DNA of 41,817 bases from an uncultured Collinsella sp. (GTDB taxonomy: Bacteria; Actinomycetota; Coriobacteriia; Coriobacteriales; Coriobacteriaceae), in the NCBI GenBank assembly GCA_900545905.1, contig URBA01000001.1, forward strand, positions 1-41,817. The letters run 5' to 3'. How positions within the stretch are numbered: position 1 is the first letter of the stretch; every line of letters starts with the position of its first letter. The position numbers and the translations under genes were made by a program. The notes beneath the pieces were generated by a model that made no database searches, was not told where the DNA came from, and worked only from the letters and a program-made list of their open reading frames with translations. This document shows positions 1 through 8,409 of the stretch, one piece after another.

Positions 1-912
1 GTGATCGAGGGCGCCGTTCTTGAACATGGCGGCACGCAGGGCCTCCATCTCGGCACCCTGCTTGACGAAATAGCAGCCGCGCTTCTGGAACTCGGCCTTA
101 ACCTGGTCATAGATGGTGTCGATGACGGTCACGGACTGCTCGGAAGCGCAGATCATGCCGTTGTCGAAGGTCTTGGAGTGGATGATGGAGTTGACGGCGA
201 GCAGCACGTCAGCGGTGTCGTCGATGACGACCGGGGTGTTACCGGCGCCAACGCCCAGGGCGGGCTTGCCCGAGGAGTAGGCGGCCTTGACCATGCCCGG
301 GCCACCGGTGGCGAGGATGATGTCGACGTCGCGCATGACCATGTTGGTCAGCTCGATGGAGGGGACATCGACCCAGCCGATGATGCCCTCGGGGGCGCCG
401 GCCTTGACGGCGGCGTCAAGCACGAGCTTGGCGGCGGCGATGGTGCACTTGGCGGCAGCCGGGTGCGGGGAGATGATGATGGCGTTGCGGGTCTTCAGGC
501 TGATCAGCGTCTTGAAGATCGCGGTGGAGGTGGGGTTGGTCGTCGGGATGACGGCGCCCACGATGCCGATGGGCTCGGCGATCTTGGTGATGCCGTAAGC
601 CTCGTCGCGCTCCAGGACACCACAGGTCTTGGTGTTCTTGTAAGCGTTGTAGATGTACTCTGCGGCGTAGTGGTTCTTGATGACCTTGTCCTCAAGAACG
701 CCGCGGCCGGTCTCCTCGATGGCCATCTTCGCCAACGGGATACGAGCCTTGTTGGCGGCCATGGCGGCCTCATAGAAGATCTTGTCGACCTGCTCCTGCG
801 TGTACGTAGCAAAAAGCGCCTGGGCCTCTCGCATCTGAGCGAGCTTAGCCTCAAGCGCCTCTACGTTGTCCACAATTGCGGGAGTAGTGTTTTCCGGTGA
901 CTTTTTCACCAT
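1..912 (-). CDS. adhE: Bifunctional acetaldehyde-CoA/alcohol dehydrogenase, N-terminal part (runs off the window edge)
   Basis: Manual minus-strand translation from ATG at 912: MVKKSPENTTPAIVDNVEALEAKLAQMREAQALFATYTQEQVDKIFYEAAMAANKARIPLAKMAIEETGRGVLEDKVIKNHYAAEY...IAEPIGIVGAVIPTTNPTSTAIFKTLISLKTRNAII, the AdhE aldehyde dehydrogenase N-terminus. RBS AAGGAG upstream. Absent from the ORF track because there is no stop in the window. Confidence 0.93.
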   Translation of the reverse strand, partial: MVKKSPENTTPAIVDNVEALEAKLAQMREAQALFATYTQEQVDKIFYEAAMAANKARIPLAKMAIEETGRGVLEDKVIKNHYAAEYIYNAYKNTKTCGVLERDEAYGITKIAEPIGIVGAVIPTTNPTSTAIFKTLISLKTRNAIIISPHPAAAKCTIAAAKLVLDAAVKAGAPEGIIGWVDVPSIELTNMVMRDVDIILATGGPGMVKAAYSSGKPALGVGAGNTPVVIDDTADVLLAVNSIIHSKTFDNGMICASEQSVTVIDTIYDQVKAEFQKRGCYFVKQGAEMEALRAAMFKNGALDH

Positions 913-1002
913 TTGTGTCTCCTTGCGATCGGAGATTTACCCTACGTCTTGCATGATAGCAAGAAATAATTCGGTAAACGATAAGATTCCCGTAAAAGGC
1001 AC

Positions 1003-1035
1003 ACTAAAACGCTTCAATAAACTGAAACGCTTCAA
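1003..1035. promoter_or_regulatory. Tandem LacI/CcpA-type operator candidates upstream of adhE
   Basis: ACTAAAACGCTTCAA (1003-1017) and ACTGAAACGCTTCAA (1021-1035), 18-bp period. TGAAACGCTTCA is a CG-centred near-palindrome like LacI-family/cre operators. Confidence 0.55.
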
Positions 1036-1065
1036 CTATAACTATCTGCCTATTGCATTGCCCCG

Positions 1066-1114
1066 CTCATTGGGGACAGACTTACATGAGTGCTTTCACT
1101 CATTTGTGACAGAC
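1066..1114 (+). repeat. Left inverted repeat of the Y1 transposase element
   Basis: CTCATTGGGGACAGACTTACATGAGTGCTTTCACTCATTTGTGACAGAC. Two CATTGGGGACAGAC-like units 33 bp apart. Confidence 0.9.
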
Positions 1115-1243
1115 ATCGTTTTGCCATTTTGCCGTTCTGGGCCTTTTTGCCGCTCATTGGATATAAATAGATCACAGGCTCAGCATTTCGCGTTCCTTCT
1201 CTCCTTTTAGGTGTTGCCTGTTCAGTTTTTGAAAGGAGAGATT

Positions 1244-2020
1244 ATGCCCCGATGCGCCCGCGCCGTTTCGCTCACCGGCTATTACCACGTCTTTGACCGT
1301 GGCAACTCCAAACAGATTATTTTTGAAGATGACTCTGACCGATATCGTTTCTTATCGGACATCTCGGACAGGTTTGCACGCCATAAAGTGGCAGTGTTGG
1401 CTTGGTGCCTTATGGACAACCACTTCCATTTGATGGTTGATGACCCATATGACAACCTTTCAAAGGCAATGCAGTGCGCACTGACGGCGTATGCTAAGTA
1501 TTTCAATGGGAAAACGGGAAGAACGGGCCATCTGTTTGACAATCGCTATTCGCGTGTTGCGGTTGAGTCGGACACACAGGCGGTGCAGCTACTCGATTAT
1601 ATCCATCTCAATCCTGTGAAAGGTGCGATCGACTCTCTCGAAGCATACCGCTGGTCAAGCTTTAGGGCATACCAGCTGGGCTACGATCCCTTTGACATCT
1701 GTGACGCGGCCCCTATGCTCGATATTGTCGGGGGGTCTCGTCGCTATTGTGAGCATCTTAAGGAAGTTGCCGGGCGGATCTGGTCAGTTGAGATTCTTCC
1801 ACGCCGACGGATCCTCGATGAGGATGCTCTTTCCGTTGCGCGCGAAGTCCTTCCGAGCATAGATCCTGCGCTGCTCAAGGCCCTGCCACGCCCCGATCGT
1901 GATGCGTGTCTGCTGAGGCTTAGGCGGGCACATCTCACGGTCAAGCAAATTGCCCGTATCACCGGCATCGGCGCTACAAGCGTAACCAAGGCCACCGCGG
2001 GCTGGAACGAGGCGGCGTGA
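1244..2020 (+). CDS. REP-associated tyrosine transposase (RAYT/TnpA-Y1, HUH endonuclease) with C-terminal helix-turn-helix
   Basis: Motifs YHVFDRGN..IF..D, CLMDNHFH (HUH), GHLFDNRY, YIHLNP (catalytic Tyr), YRWSS. C-terminal LTVKQIARITGIGATSV is HTH-like. RBS GAAAGGAG before ATG 1244. Confidence 0.9.
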   Translation: MPRCARAVSLTGYYHVFDRGNSKQIIFEDDSDRYRFLSDISDRFARHKVAVLAWCLMDNHFHLMVDDPYDNLSKAMQCALTAYAKYFNGKTGRTGHLFDNRYSRVAVESDTQAVQLLDYIHLNPVKGAIDSLEAYRWSSFRAYQLGYDPFDICDAAPMLDIVGGSRRYCEHLKEVAGRIWSVEILPRRRILDEDALSVAREVLPSIDPALLKALPRPDRDACLLRLRRAHLTVKQIARITGIGATSVTKATAGWNEAA

Positions 2021-2053
2021 GGCAGGGGCCGAACCGCTGCTGGCATGCGTTAC

Positions 2054-2102
2054 GTCTGTCCCCAATGCGTGAAAACACTCATGTAAGTCTGTCCCCAATG
2101 AG
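2054..2102 (-). repeat. Right inverted repeat of the Y1 transposase element
   Basis: GTCTGTCCCCAATGCGTGAAAACACTCATGTAAGTCTGTCCCCAATGAG. GTCTGTCCCCAATG occurs at 2054-2067 and 2087-2100. Confidence 0.9.
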
Positions 2103-2105
2103 TGC

Positions 2106-2138
2106 AAAAAGGCGCCCTCCGTAGGGGAGGGCGCCTTT
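2106..2138 (-). terminator. Intrinsic terminator of rpmB (possibly bidirectional)
   Basis: AAAGGCGCCCTCC-GTAGG-GGAGGGCGCCTTT, perfect 13-bp stem. The A-run at 2106-2110 gives a U-tract on the minus strand. Confidence 0.85.
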
Positions 2139-2206
2139 GGTAAGTTCTATATGAACGCGAGGTCTTTGACCCGGAGAGTCCGAGGTACTTGTTGGTAAGA
2201 CCTTAT

Positions 2207-2395
2207 TTAGGAGCGCGCAACCTTGCCAGACTTGAGGCAGGTGGAGCAAACGTTCATCTTGCGACGGTGACCATCGACGACGACGTAGACGCGCTGGATG
2301 TTGGGGCGGAACTTACGGTTGGTGACGCGGTGAGAGTGGCTGATGGAGCGACCGGCAACGGGGTGCTTACCGCAAACTTCGCAAACTTTGGACAT
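2207..2395 (-). CDS. rpmB: 50S ribosomal protein L28 (Zn-binding C+ form)
   Basis: MSKVCEVCGKHPVAGRSISHSHRVTNRKFRPNIQ...VCSTCLKSGKV. RBS AAGGAGG upstream of ATG 2395. Confidence 0.97.
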   Translation of the reverse strand: MSKVCEVCGKHPVAGRSISHSHRVTNRKFRPNIQRVYVVVDGHRRKMNVCSTCLKSGKVARS

Positions 2396-2449
2396 AACTG
2401 ACCCTCCTTGGGCGACAAACGAACATGTCGCGTTAACAAACAAGCCTGA

Positions 2450-2458
2450 ACTATAGCA
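2450..2458 (-). promoter_or_regulatory. Extended -10 promoter for rpmB
   Basis: Minus strand reads TG-C-TATAGT about 55 nt upstream of the rpmB start. Confidence 0.5.
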
Positions 2459-2701
2459 CAGAAGCAGCTCCCTGTGCGTAATCTACACAGAGATATTCCT
2501 CTTTTGGCGATAGTGCTCACGCCACGGCCCTGGACGTAGATCCGATTTGCGTGCAGCAGAGGGGATTATGCCAGCTCGTGCGTGCGTTTTCAAGCTCGTC
2601 CCACAAATATATATAGGTTTATGGAGCATTGGGCTCCGTTTACGGATTGCTCTGTATTTATGCTCGCAATTAAGCTCGAGGTTGGCTACACTATCCCTTG
2701 A

Positions 2702-2807
2702 CCATTAAAGGGGTACGAGATACCCACATGGAATTACATTGCTGCCAAAGAGCAGCCCTTCCTGTGGGTGTCTGGTCCGCTTTGAGCGGTCGGGCATCTA
2801 TTTTTTT
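2702..2807 (+). promoter_or_regulatory. PyrR-dependent transcription attenuator (binding loop / antiterminator / terminator)
   Basis: Binding-loop hairpin CCAT-TAAAG-GGGTA-CGAGA-TACCC-AC-ATGG (2702-2731). Antiterminator pairs 2718-2731 with 2761-2773. Terminator stem 2767-2798 is followed by T7 (2801-2807). Lies directly upstream of pyrR. Confidence 0.8.
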
Positions 2808-2834
2808 GACTGTGTCAGCAGTCAAGACATGTGA

Positions 2835-3431
<597 letters not shown>

Positions 3432-3435
3432 TACC

Positions 3436-4380
3436 GTGGCGTTCAACCATAAGCACCTGATCGACATTACCGAGTACTCCGAAGAGGATATCAAGCTCAT
3501 CCTCGAGACCGCCAAGGCGTTCTCCGAGGTCAACGAGCGTGCGATCAAGAAGGTCCCCACGCTCAAGGGCAAGACCATCGTCAACATGTTCAACGAGCCC
3601 TCGACGCGTACCCGCAGCTCCTTCGAGCTCGCCGAGAAGCGTCTTTCGGCCGACAGCCTCAACTTTGGCGGCTCCTCGACCTCCACGGTCAAGGGCGAGA
3701 GCCTCGTCGATACCGTCGAGACCCTCAACGCCTACAAGATCGACTGCATCGTCGTGCGCGACAAGCACGCCGGCGCGCCCTACATCGTCACGCAGAACTC
3801 GCCCGCGAGCGTTATCTGCGCCGGCGATGGCAAGCATAACCACCCCACGCAGGCCCTGCTCGACCTGTACACCATCTGGGAGCACAAGGGTGACTTCCAC
3901 GGTCTGAAGGTCGCCGTCGTCGGCGACATCTCCCACTCCCGTGTCTGCGGCTCGCTGATCCCCGCCCTTAAGATCATGGGCTGCGAGACCTACGCCGTCG
4001 CCCCCGGCACGCTGCTGCCGCCGGCACCCGAGGTCCTTGGCTGCGACCACGTGACGAGCGACCTCGATTCCGTCCTGCCCGAGCTGGACGTCGTCTACAT
4101 GCTGCGCGTGCAGCAGGAGCGCCTCGAGGGTGCCCCGTTCCCGACCATTCGCGAGTACCACAGGCTCTTCGGCCTGACCAAGGACCGCGAGAAGCTCATG
4201 AAGCCCGATGCGATCATCTGCCACCCGGGCCCCATCAACCGCGGCGTCGAGTTCGACTCCTATATGGCCGACCACCCGCAACGCTCCGTCATCCTGGAGC
4301 AGGTCTACGCCGGTATCTGCGTGCGTATGGCTATCCTGTATCTGCTGCTTGGAGGTGCCGATAATGGCCTTGCTTCTTAA
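3436..4380 (+). CDS. pyrB: Aspartate carbamoyltransferase catalytic subunit
   Basis: EPSTRTRSSFE, HPTQALLD, HPGPINRGVE. GTG start at 3436 chosen after GAGGTGA; ORF track start is 3424. Confidence 0.96.
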   Translation: MAFNHKHLIDITEYSEEDIKLILETAKAFSEVNERAIKKVPTLKGKTIVNMFNEPSTRTRSSFELAEKRLSADSLNFGGSSTSTVKGESLVDTVETLNAYKIDCIVVRDKHAGAPYIVTQNSPASVICAGDGKHNHPTQALLDLYTIWEHKGDFHGLKVAVVGDISHSRVCGSLIPALKIMGCETYAVAPGTLLPPAPEVLGCDHVTSDLDSVLPELDVVYMLRVQQERLEGAPFPTIREYHRLFGLTKDREKLMKPDAIICHPGPINRGVEFDSYMADHPQRSVILEQVYAGICVRMAILYLLLGGADNGLAS

Positions 4381-5653
4381 GAATGCCCACGTCGTCGACC
4401 CGTCCGTCGAGCTTGACGGTGTCGTTGACGTCCTGATTGACGGCGACAAGATCGCCGAGGTCGGCGAGAATCTCGCCGTCGAGGGAGCCGAGGTCCGCGA
4501 CCTTTCCGGCAAGTACCTCGTCCCCGGTCTGGTGGATATGCACGTGCATCTGCGCGAGCCCGGCTACGAGGTCAAAGAGGACATCGAGAGCGGTACCCGC
4601 GCAGCTGCCAAGGGCGGCTTTACCGGCGTGTGCTCCATGCCCAACACCGATCCCGTCACCGATAACGGCACCGTCGTGGAGTTCGTCAAGTCCCGTGCTG
4701 CCGAGGTCGGCCACTGCCGCGTCTATCCGTCGGGCGCCATGACCCGCGGTCTTAAGGGCGAGGCCATGTCCGAGATGGGCGATATGGTCGCCCACGGCGC
4801 CGTCGCCTTCACCGATGACGGTCGCGGCGTGCAGGGCGCGGGCATGCTCCGTCGCTGCATGGACTACGGCAAGATGTTCGGCAAGGTCTTCATGAGCCAC
4901 TGCCAGGACGAGGACCTGGTCGGCCACGGCCAGATCAACGAGGGCAAGGTCTCGACCCGTCTGGCCCTCGAGGGTTGGCCGGCTGCCGGCGAGGAGCTCC
5001 AGATCGCCCGCGACATCGAGATCGCCAAGCTGACCGGTGCCAAGCTGCACATCCAGCACATCTCCACCGCTCACGGTCTCGAGCTCGTGCGTGCCGGTAA
5101 GGCCGCTGGCGTTCAGGTGACCTGCGAGGCCACCCCGCACCACATGTTCCTGACCGAGAACGACCTGGACGAGACCTACAACACCTCGCTCAAGGTCAAT
5201 CCGCCGCTGCGCACCGACGAGGACGCCGAGGCCATCCGTCAGGGCGTCATCGACGGTACCGTCGACGTTATCGTCACCGATCACGCTCCCCACACCCCGT
5301 GGGAGAAGGCCCGCGAGTTCGAGCTTGCGCCCTTTGGCATGATCGGTCTCGAGACCTCGCTGTCACTCGTGCTCACCGAGCTGGTCAACACGGGCAAGAT
5401 GAGCATGGGCCGCATGGTCGAGCTCATGGCCATCAAGCCGCGTGAGATCCTGGGCCTCGACCAGGTTCAGGTCAAGGCGGGCTCCGTTGCCGACCTGACT
5501 GTCTTCGACGCGTCCGCCACCTGGACGGTCGGCGAGGACGGCTACGAGTCGCGCGCCGAGAACTCCGGTTTCGCCGGCCGCACGCTTACCGGTCGTGCCA
5601 CCGATGTGTTTGTCGGCGGTAAGCAGACGCTCGCCGACGGCTGCATCTGCTAG
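4364..5653 (+). CDS. pyrC: Dihydroorotase
   Basis: PGLVDMHVHLREPG, MPNT, KVNPPLR, TDHAPH. ATG 4364 after GGAGG. Confidence 0.96.
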   Translation: MALLLKNAHVVDPSVELDGVVDVLIDGDKIAEVGENLAVEGAEVRDLSGKYLVPGLVDMHVHLREPGYEVKEDIESGTRAAAKGGFTGVCSMPNTDPVTDNGTVVEFVKSRAAEVGHCRVYPSGAMTRGLKGEAMSEMGDMVAHGAVAFTDDGRGVQGAGMLRRCMDYGKMFGKVFMSHCQDEDLVGHGQINEGKVSTRLALEGWPAAGEELQIARDIEIAKLTGAKLHIQHISTAHGLELVRAGKAAGVQVTCEATPHHMFLTENDLDETYNTSLKVNPPLRTDEDAEAIRQGVIDGTVDVIVTDHAPHTPWEKAREFELAPFGMIGLETSLSLVLTELVNTGKMSMGRMVELMAIKPREILGLDQVQVKAGSVADLTVFDASATWTVGEDGYESRAENSGFAGRTLTGRATDVFVGGKQTLADGCIC

Positions 5654-5745
5654 CATAGCCTTATCGCTTTTGTGCGCGGCGCCCTTGCGGTGCCGCGCTT
5701 TCTGTTCGTTTGGACCATGCAACCGCATGGGGGATTGGAGCGTCT

Positions 5746-6537
5746 ATGCCCACACCTTCCACTGCACGCATGCACGACTTCGAGGTCGTCTCGAACCAGG
5801 AGATCGCCGACGGCATCTTCTCGCTCGTCATCTCGGCCCCCAAGCTTGCAAGTGCGCTCAAGCCCGGTCAGTTTGTGAACATCGCCGTGCCCGGCGATGC
5901 GTCCTCGCTGCTTCGCGTGCCTCTGAGCTTCTATCGCGCCGACGCCCAGGCCGGCACCGTCGAGCTGTGGTACGCCGTCGTGGGCGACGACACCCGTCGT
6001 CTGTCGCAGATGGCCCCCGGCTCCAAGTCCAACCTGTTGGGCCCTGGCGGCCGCGGCTGGCTTGTTCCCGAGGGCACCAGGAAGGCGCTGCTCGTGGCGG
6101 GCGGCATCGGCGTTCCGCCCGTGCTGTGCCTCGCCGGCATGCTTGCCGAGCAGGGCGTGGATGTCGACGTTTGCCTGGGCTTTGGCACCGCTTCCAAGGC
6201 CGTGGGTGTCGATGAGTTCCGCGCGCTGGGCGCCACGGTTAACGTGTGCACCGATGATGGCACGCTCGGCATGCACGGTTTTTGCACCGATCCTGCCGCC
6301 GAGCTGCTCGGCGAGGGCGGCTACGACTACGTCGCCAGCTGCGGCCCCGCCGTCATGATGAAGAAGGTCGCCGCCGCTGCCGCCGAGGCCGGTGCGTACT
6401 GCGAGGTGTCGCTCGAGCGCATGATGAGCTGCGGCTTTGGCGCCTGCAACACCTGCAATGTCGAGACGGTCGACGGTATGAAGGGTGCTTGCATGTGCGG
6501 CCCCGTGTTCGATGCTTCCAAGGTGGTGGTCTTCTAG
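5746..6537 (+). CDS. pyrK: Dihydroorotate dehydrogenase electron transfer subunit
   Basis: PGQFV, GGIGVPP, CGP and the [2Fe-2S] motif MSCGFGACNTC...CMCGPVF. Directly upstream of pyrD. Confidence 0.93.
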   Translation: MPTPSTARMHDFEVVSNQEIADGIFSLVISAPKLASALKPGQFVNIAVPGDASSLLRVPLSFYRADAQAGTVELWYAVVGDDTRRLSQMAPGSKSNLLGPGGRGWLVPEGTRKALLVAGGIGVPPVLCLAGMLAEQGVDVDVCLGFGTASKAVGVDEFRALGATVNVCTDDGTLGMHGFCTDPAAELLGEGGYDYVASCGPAVMMKKVAAAAAEAGAYCEVSLERMMSCGFGACNTCNVETVDGMKGACMCGPVFDASKVVVF

Positions 6538-7460
6538 TGGGTACCGTGAACATGGCCGTCGATTTCGGCGGCGTCAAGATGCAGAACCCCATCAACACCG
6601 CAGCCGGTACCTTTGGCTACGGTTGGCAGTTCCAGAACTTCTTTGATGTTTCCCAGCTGGGCGCCATCACCACCAAGGGTTGCGCTGCCGAGCCCTGGCC
6701 TGGCAACCCCGCGCCCCGCATGGCCGAGATCCCCGGCGGTATGATCAACTCCGTGGGCCTTCAGAACCCCGGCGTGGCCGCCTTTGCCCGCGAGTCCGGT
6801 CCGTGGCTCGAGCAGCTTTCCAAGGACGGCTGCCAGGTCATCTGTCAGGTTGCCGGCCACTCCGTTGACGAGTTTGTCCGCGCACTCGAGATGTATGTCG
6901 AGCTGTGCCCCTGGGCTGCCGGCTACGAGATCAACGTGAGCTGCCCCAATATCGCCGCCGGCGGTGCCGCCATGGGCTCCACGCCCGAGGGCGCCTCTTC
7001 CGTTATGGCTGCCTGCCGCAAGGTGACCGATAAGCCTCTGTTCGTGAAGATGGCGCCGGTCAACGTCGCCGAGATCGCCAAGGCCCTCGAGGCTGCCGGC
7101 GCCGACGGCCTTTCGGTCATCAACTCCATCCAGGGCATGGCCATCGACGTCCATACCCGCAAGTCCCGCGTGGCCAAGCCCAAGGGCGGCCTTTCGGGCC
7201 CGCTGTGTCATCACATCGCCGTGCGCATGGTCTGGGAGGTTGCCCAGGCCGTCGATATCCCCATCAACGGTGTCGGCGGTGTCATGACCGGTGAGGATGC
7301 GGCCGAGTTTATCCTGGCCGGCGCCACCTGCGTGTCGGTCGGTATGGCCAACTTCGTCGATCCGTGCGCTTCGCTCAAGATCGCGCATGAGCTCGAGGCC
7401 TGGGCCGAGTCCCAGGGCGTGAAGGACATCAACGAACTGGTAGGTGCTTTCGAATGCTAG
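6537..7460 (+). CDS. pyrD: Dihydroorotate dehydrogenase family 1B catalytic subunit
   Basis: AAGTFGYG, GNPAPRMAE, NSVGLQNPG, EINVSCPN, GGLSGP. Start is GTG 6537 or ATG 6552. Confidence 0.95.
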   Translation: MGTVNMAVDFGGVKMQNPINTAAGTFGYGWQFQNFFDVSQLGAITTKGCAAEPWPGNPAPRMAEIPGGMINSVGLQNPGVAAFARESGPWLEQLSKDGCQVICQVAGHSVDEFVRALEMYVELCPWAAGYEINVSCPNIAAGGAAMGSTPEGASSVMAACRKVTDKPLFVKMAPVNVAEIAKALEAAGADGLSVINSIQGMAIDVHTRKSRVAKPKGGLSGPLCHHIAVRMVWEVAQAVDIPINGVGGVMTGEDAAEFILAGATCVSVGMANFVDPCASLKIAHELEAWAESQGVKDINELVGAFEC

Positions 7461-8170
7461 AGACCGATGCCCGCGACCGCGTGATCGTCGCTCTCGACTG
7501 CGACCGTGAGCGTGCGCTCGAGCTCGCCCACGAGCTTTCGGGCCATGCCGCCTGGCTCAAGGTTGGCATGACGCTCTATTACGCCGAGGGTCCTGAGATC
7601 GTCAAGACGTTCAAGGACCTGGGCTTTAAGGTCTTCCTTGACCTTAAGTTCCATGACATTCCGCATCAGGTTCGCGGTGCCGCCCGCTCGGCCTCGCTTG
7701 CCGGTGCCGATCTGCTTTCGGTCCACGGCTTGGGTTCGGGCGCCATGCTCGCTGCCTGCCGCGAGGGCGCCGAGGAGGCGCGCGAGGACCGCGCCAAGCT
7801 CGTCGCCATCACCGTGCTCACGAGCATGAACCAGGATGCCTTGAGCGAGATCGGCGTCGAGTCGCCCGTGGCCGAGGAGGCCGCCCGCCTGGCAAAGCTC
7901 GCTCAGGCCAACGGCATCGACGGTATCGTGTGCTCGCCGATGGAGGCTCACGACATGCGTGAGCTGCTGGGTCCCGATGCCCTGATCGTGACTCCGGGCG
8001 TGCGTCCGGTGGGTGCCGCCCTTGGTGACCAGTCCCGCGTGGCGACGCCTTCCCAGGCTATCGAGCGGGGCGCAAGCCACATTGTGGTGGGCCGTCCCAT
8101 CACCGGCGCCGACGATCCGGTTGCCGCCTTTGACGCTATTGTCGCTGAGCTGGTCGAAAACGTCGCCTAA
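7454..8170 (+). CDS. pyrF: Orotidine 5'-phosphate decarboxylase
   Basis: IVALD, FLDLKFHDIP, VTPGVRP, DQSRVATP, VVGRPIT. Confidence 0.97.
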   Translation: MLETDARDRVIVALDCDRERALELAHELSGHAAWLKVGMTLYYAEGPEIVKTFKDLGFKVFLDLKFHDIPHQVRGAARSASLAGADLLSVHGLGSGAMLAACREGAEEAREDRAKLVAITVLTSMNQDALSEIGVESPVAEEAARLAKLAQANGIDGIVCSPMEAHDMRELLGPDALIVTPGVRPVGAALGDQSRVATPSQAIERGASHIVVGRPITGADDPVAAFDAIVAELVENVA

Positions 8171-8215
8171 AAGATTCCCCTAAGTCACCACTTTTGGGTC
8201 TCATTAGCACAAAAT

Positions 8216-8273
8216 AGCCCCTGTGCCTGCGTAATCTTTCCCATCCTTTGTGTGGAATCGCAGGTCAGGGGCT
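8216..8273. repeat. Intergenic inverted repeat between pyrF and mihF
   Basis: AGCCCCTGTGCCTGCG (8216-8231) versus CGCAGGTCAGGGGCT (8259-8273, reverse complement AGCCCCTGACCTGCG). Confidence 0.6.
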
Positions 8274-8292
8274 TAACTTTGGGCGCAGTATA

Positions 8293-8321
8293 TTGCACTT
8301 TTTGCGGGTATCGTCTAACCT
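8293..8321 (+). promoter_or_regulatory. Sigma70-type promoter for mihF-gmk-rpoZ-thiI
   Basis: TTGCAC-N17-TAACCT. Confidence 0.55.
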
Positions 8322-8409
8322 ATGGAGCCGCGATTGGGCATTTTGTACGTTCTACGTGCTAAAATGCCAATTATTGAATCAGATATAACCCAACTTTTTG
8401 GAGGTACGA

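Larger units (their letters stand above)
1066..2102. mobile_element. REPtron-like element: HUH/Y1 transposase gene bounded by 49-bp inverted repeats
   Basis: Left end 1066-1114 and right end 2054-2102 are reverse complements at 45/49 positions (outer 27 bp perfect) and enclose a single Y1 transposase ORF. Confidence 0.75.

Noticed and set aside
1..900. 299-aa plus-strand ORF in the track
   Set aside because: Antisense shadow of adhE, which is encoded on the minus strand with a clear RBS and recognisable motifs.
866..1210. 114-aa ORF (and 1784-2107 minus) sharing the peptide SLGTDLHECFH
   Set aside because: The shared peptide is simply the translation of the DNA inverted repeats, not a protein family.
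1244..2020. Classical IS200/IS605 element with TnpB or an omega RNA
   Set aside because: No tnpB/iscB ORF and only about 30 bp between the stop codon and the right repeat. The protein motifs (RGN, NP, WSS) are RAYT-type.
8204..8230. TTAGCAC as a possible CIRCE half-site
   Set aside because: It lacks the full TTAGCACTC-N9-GAGTGCTAA inverted repeat and is not upstream of chaperone genes.
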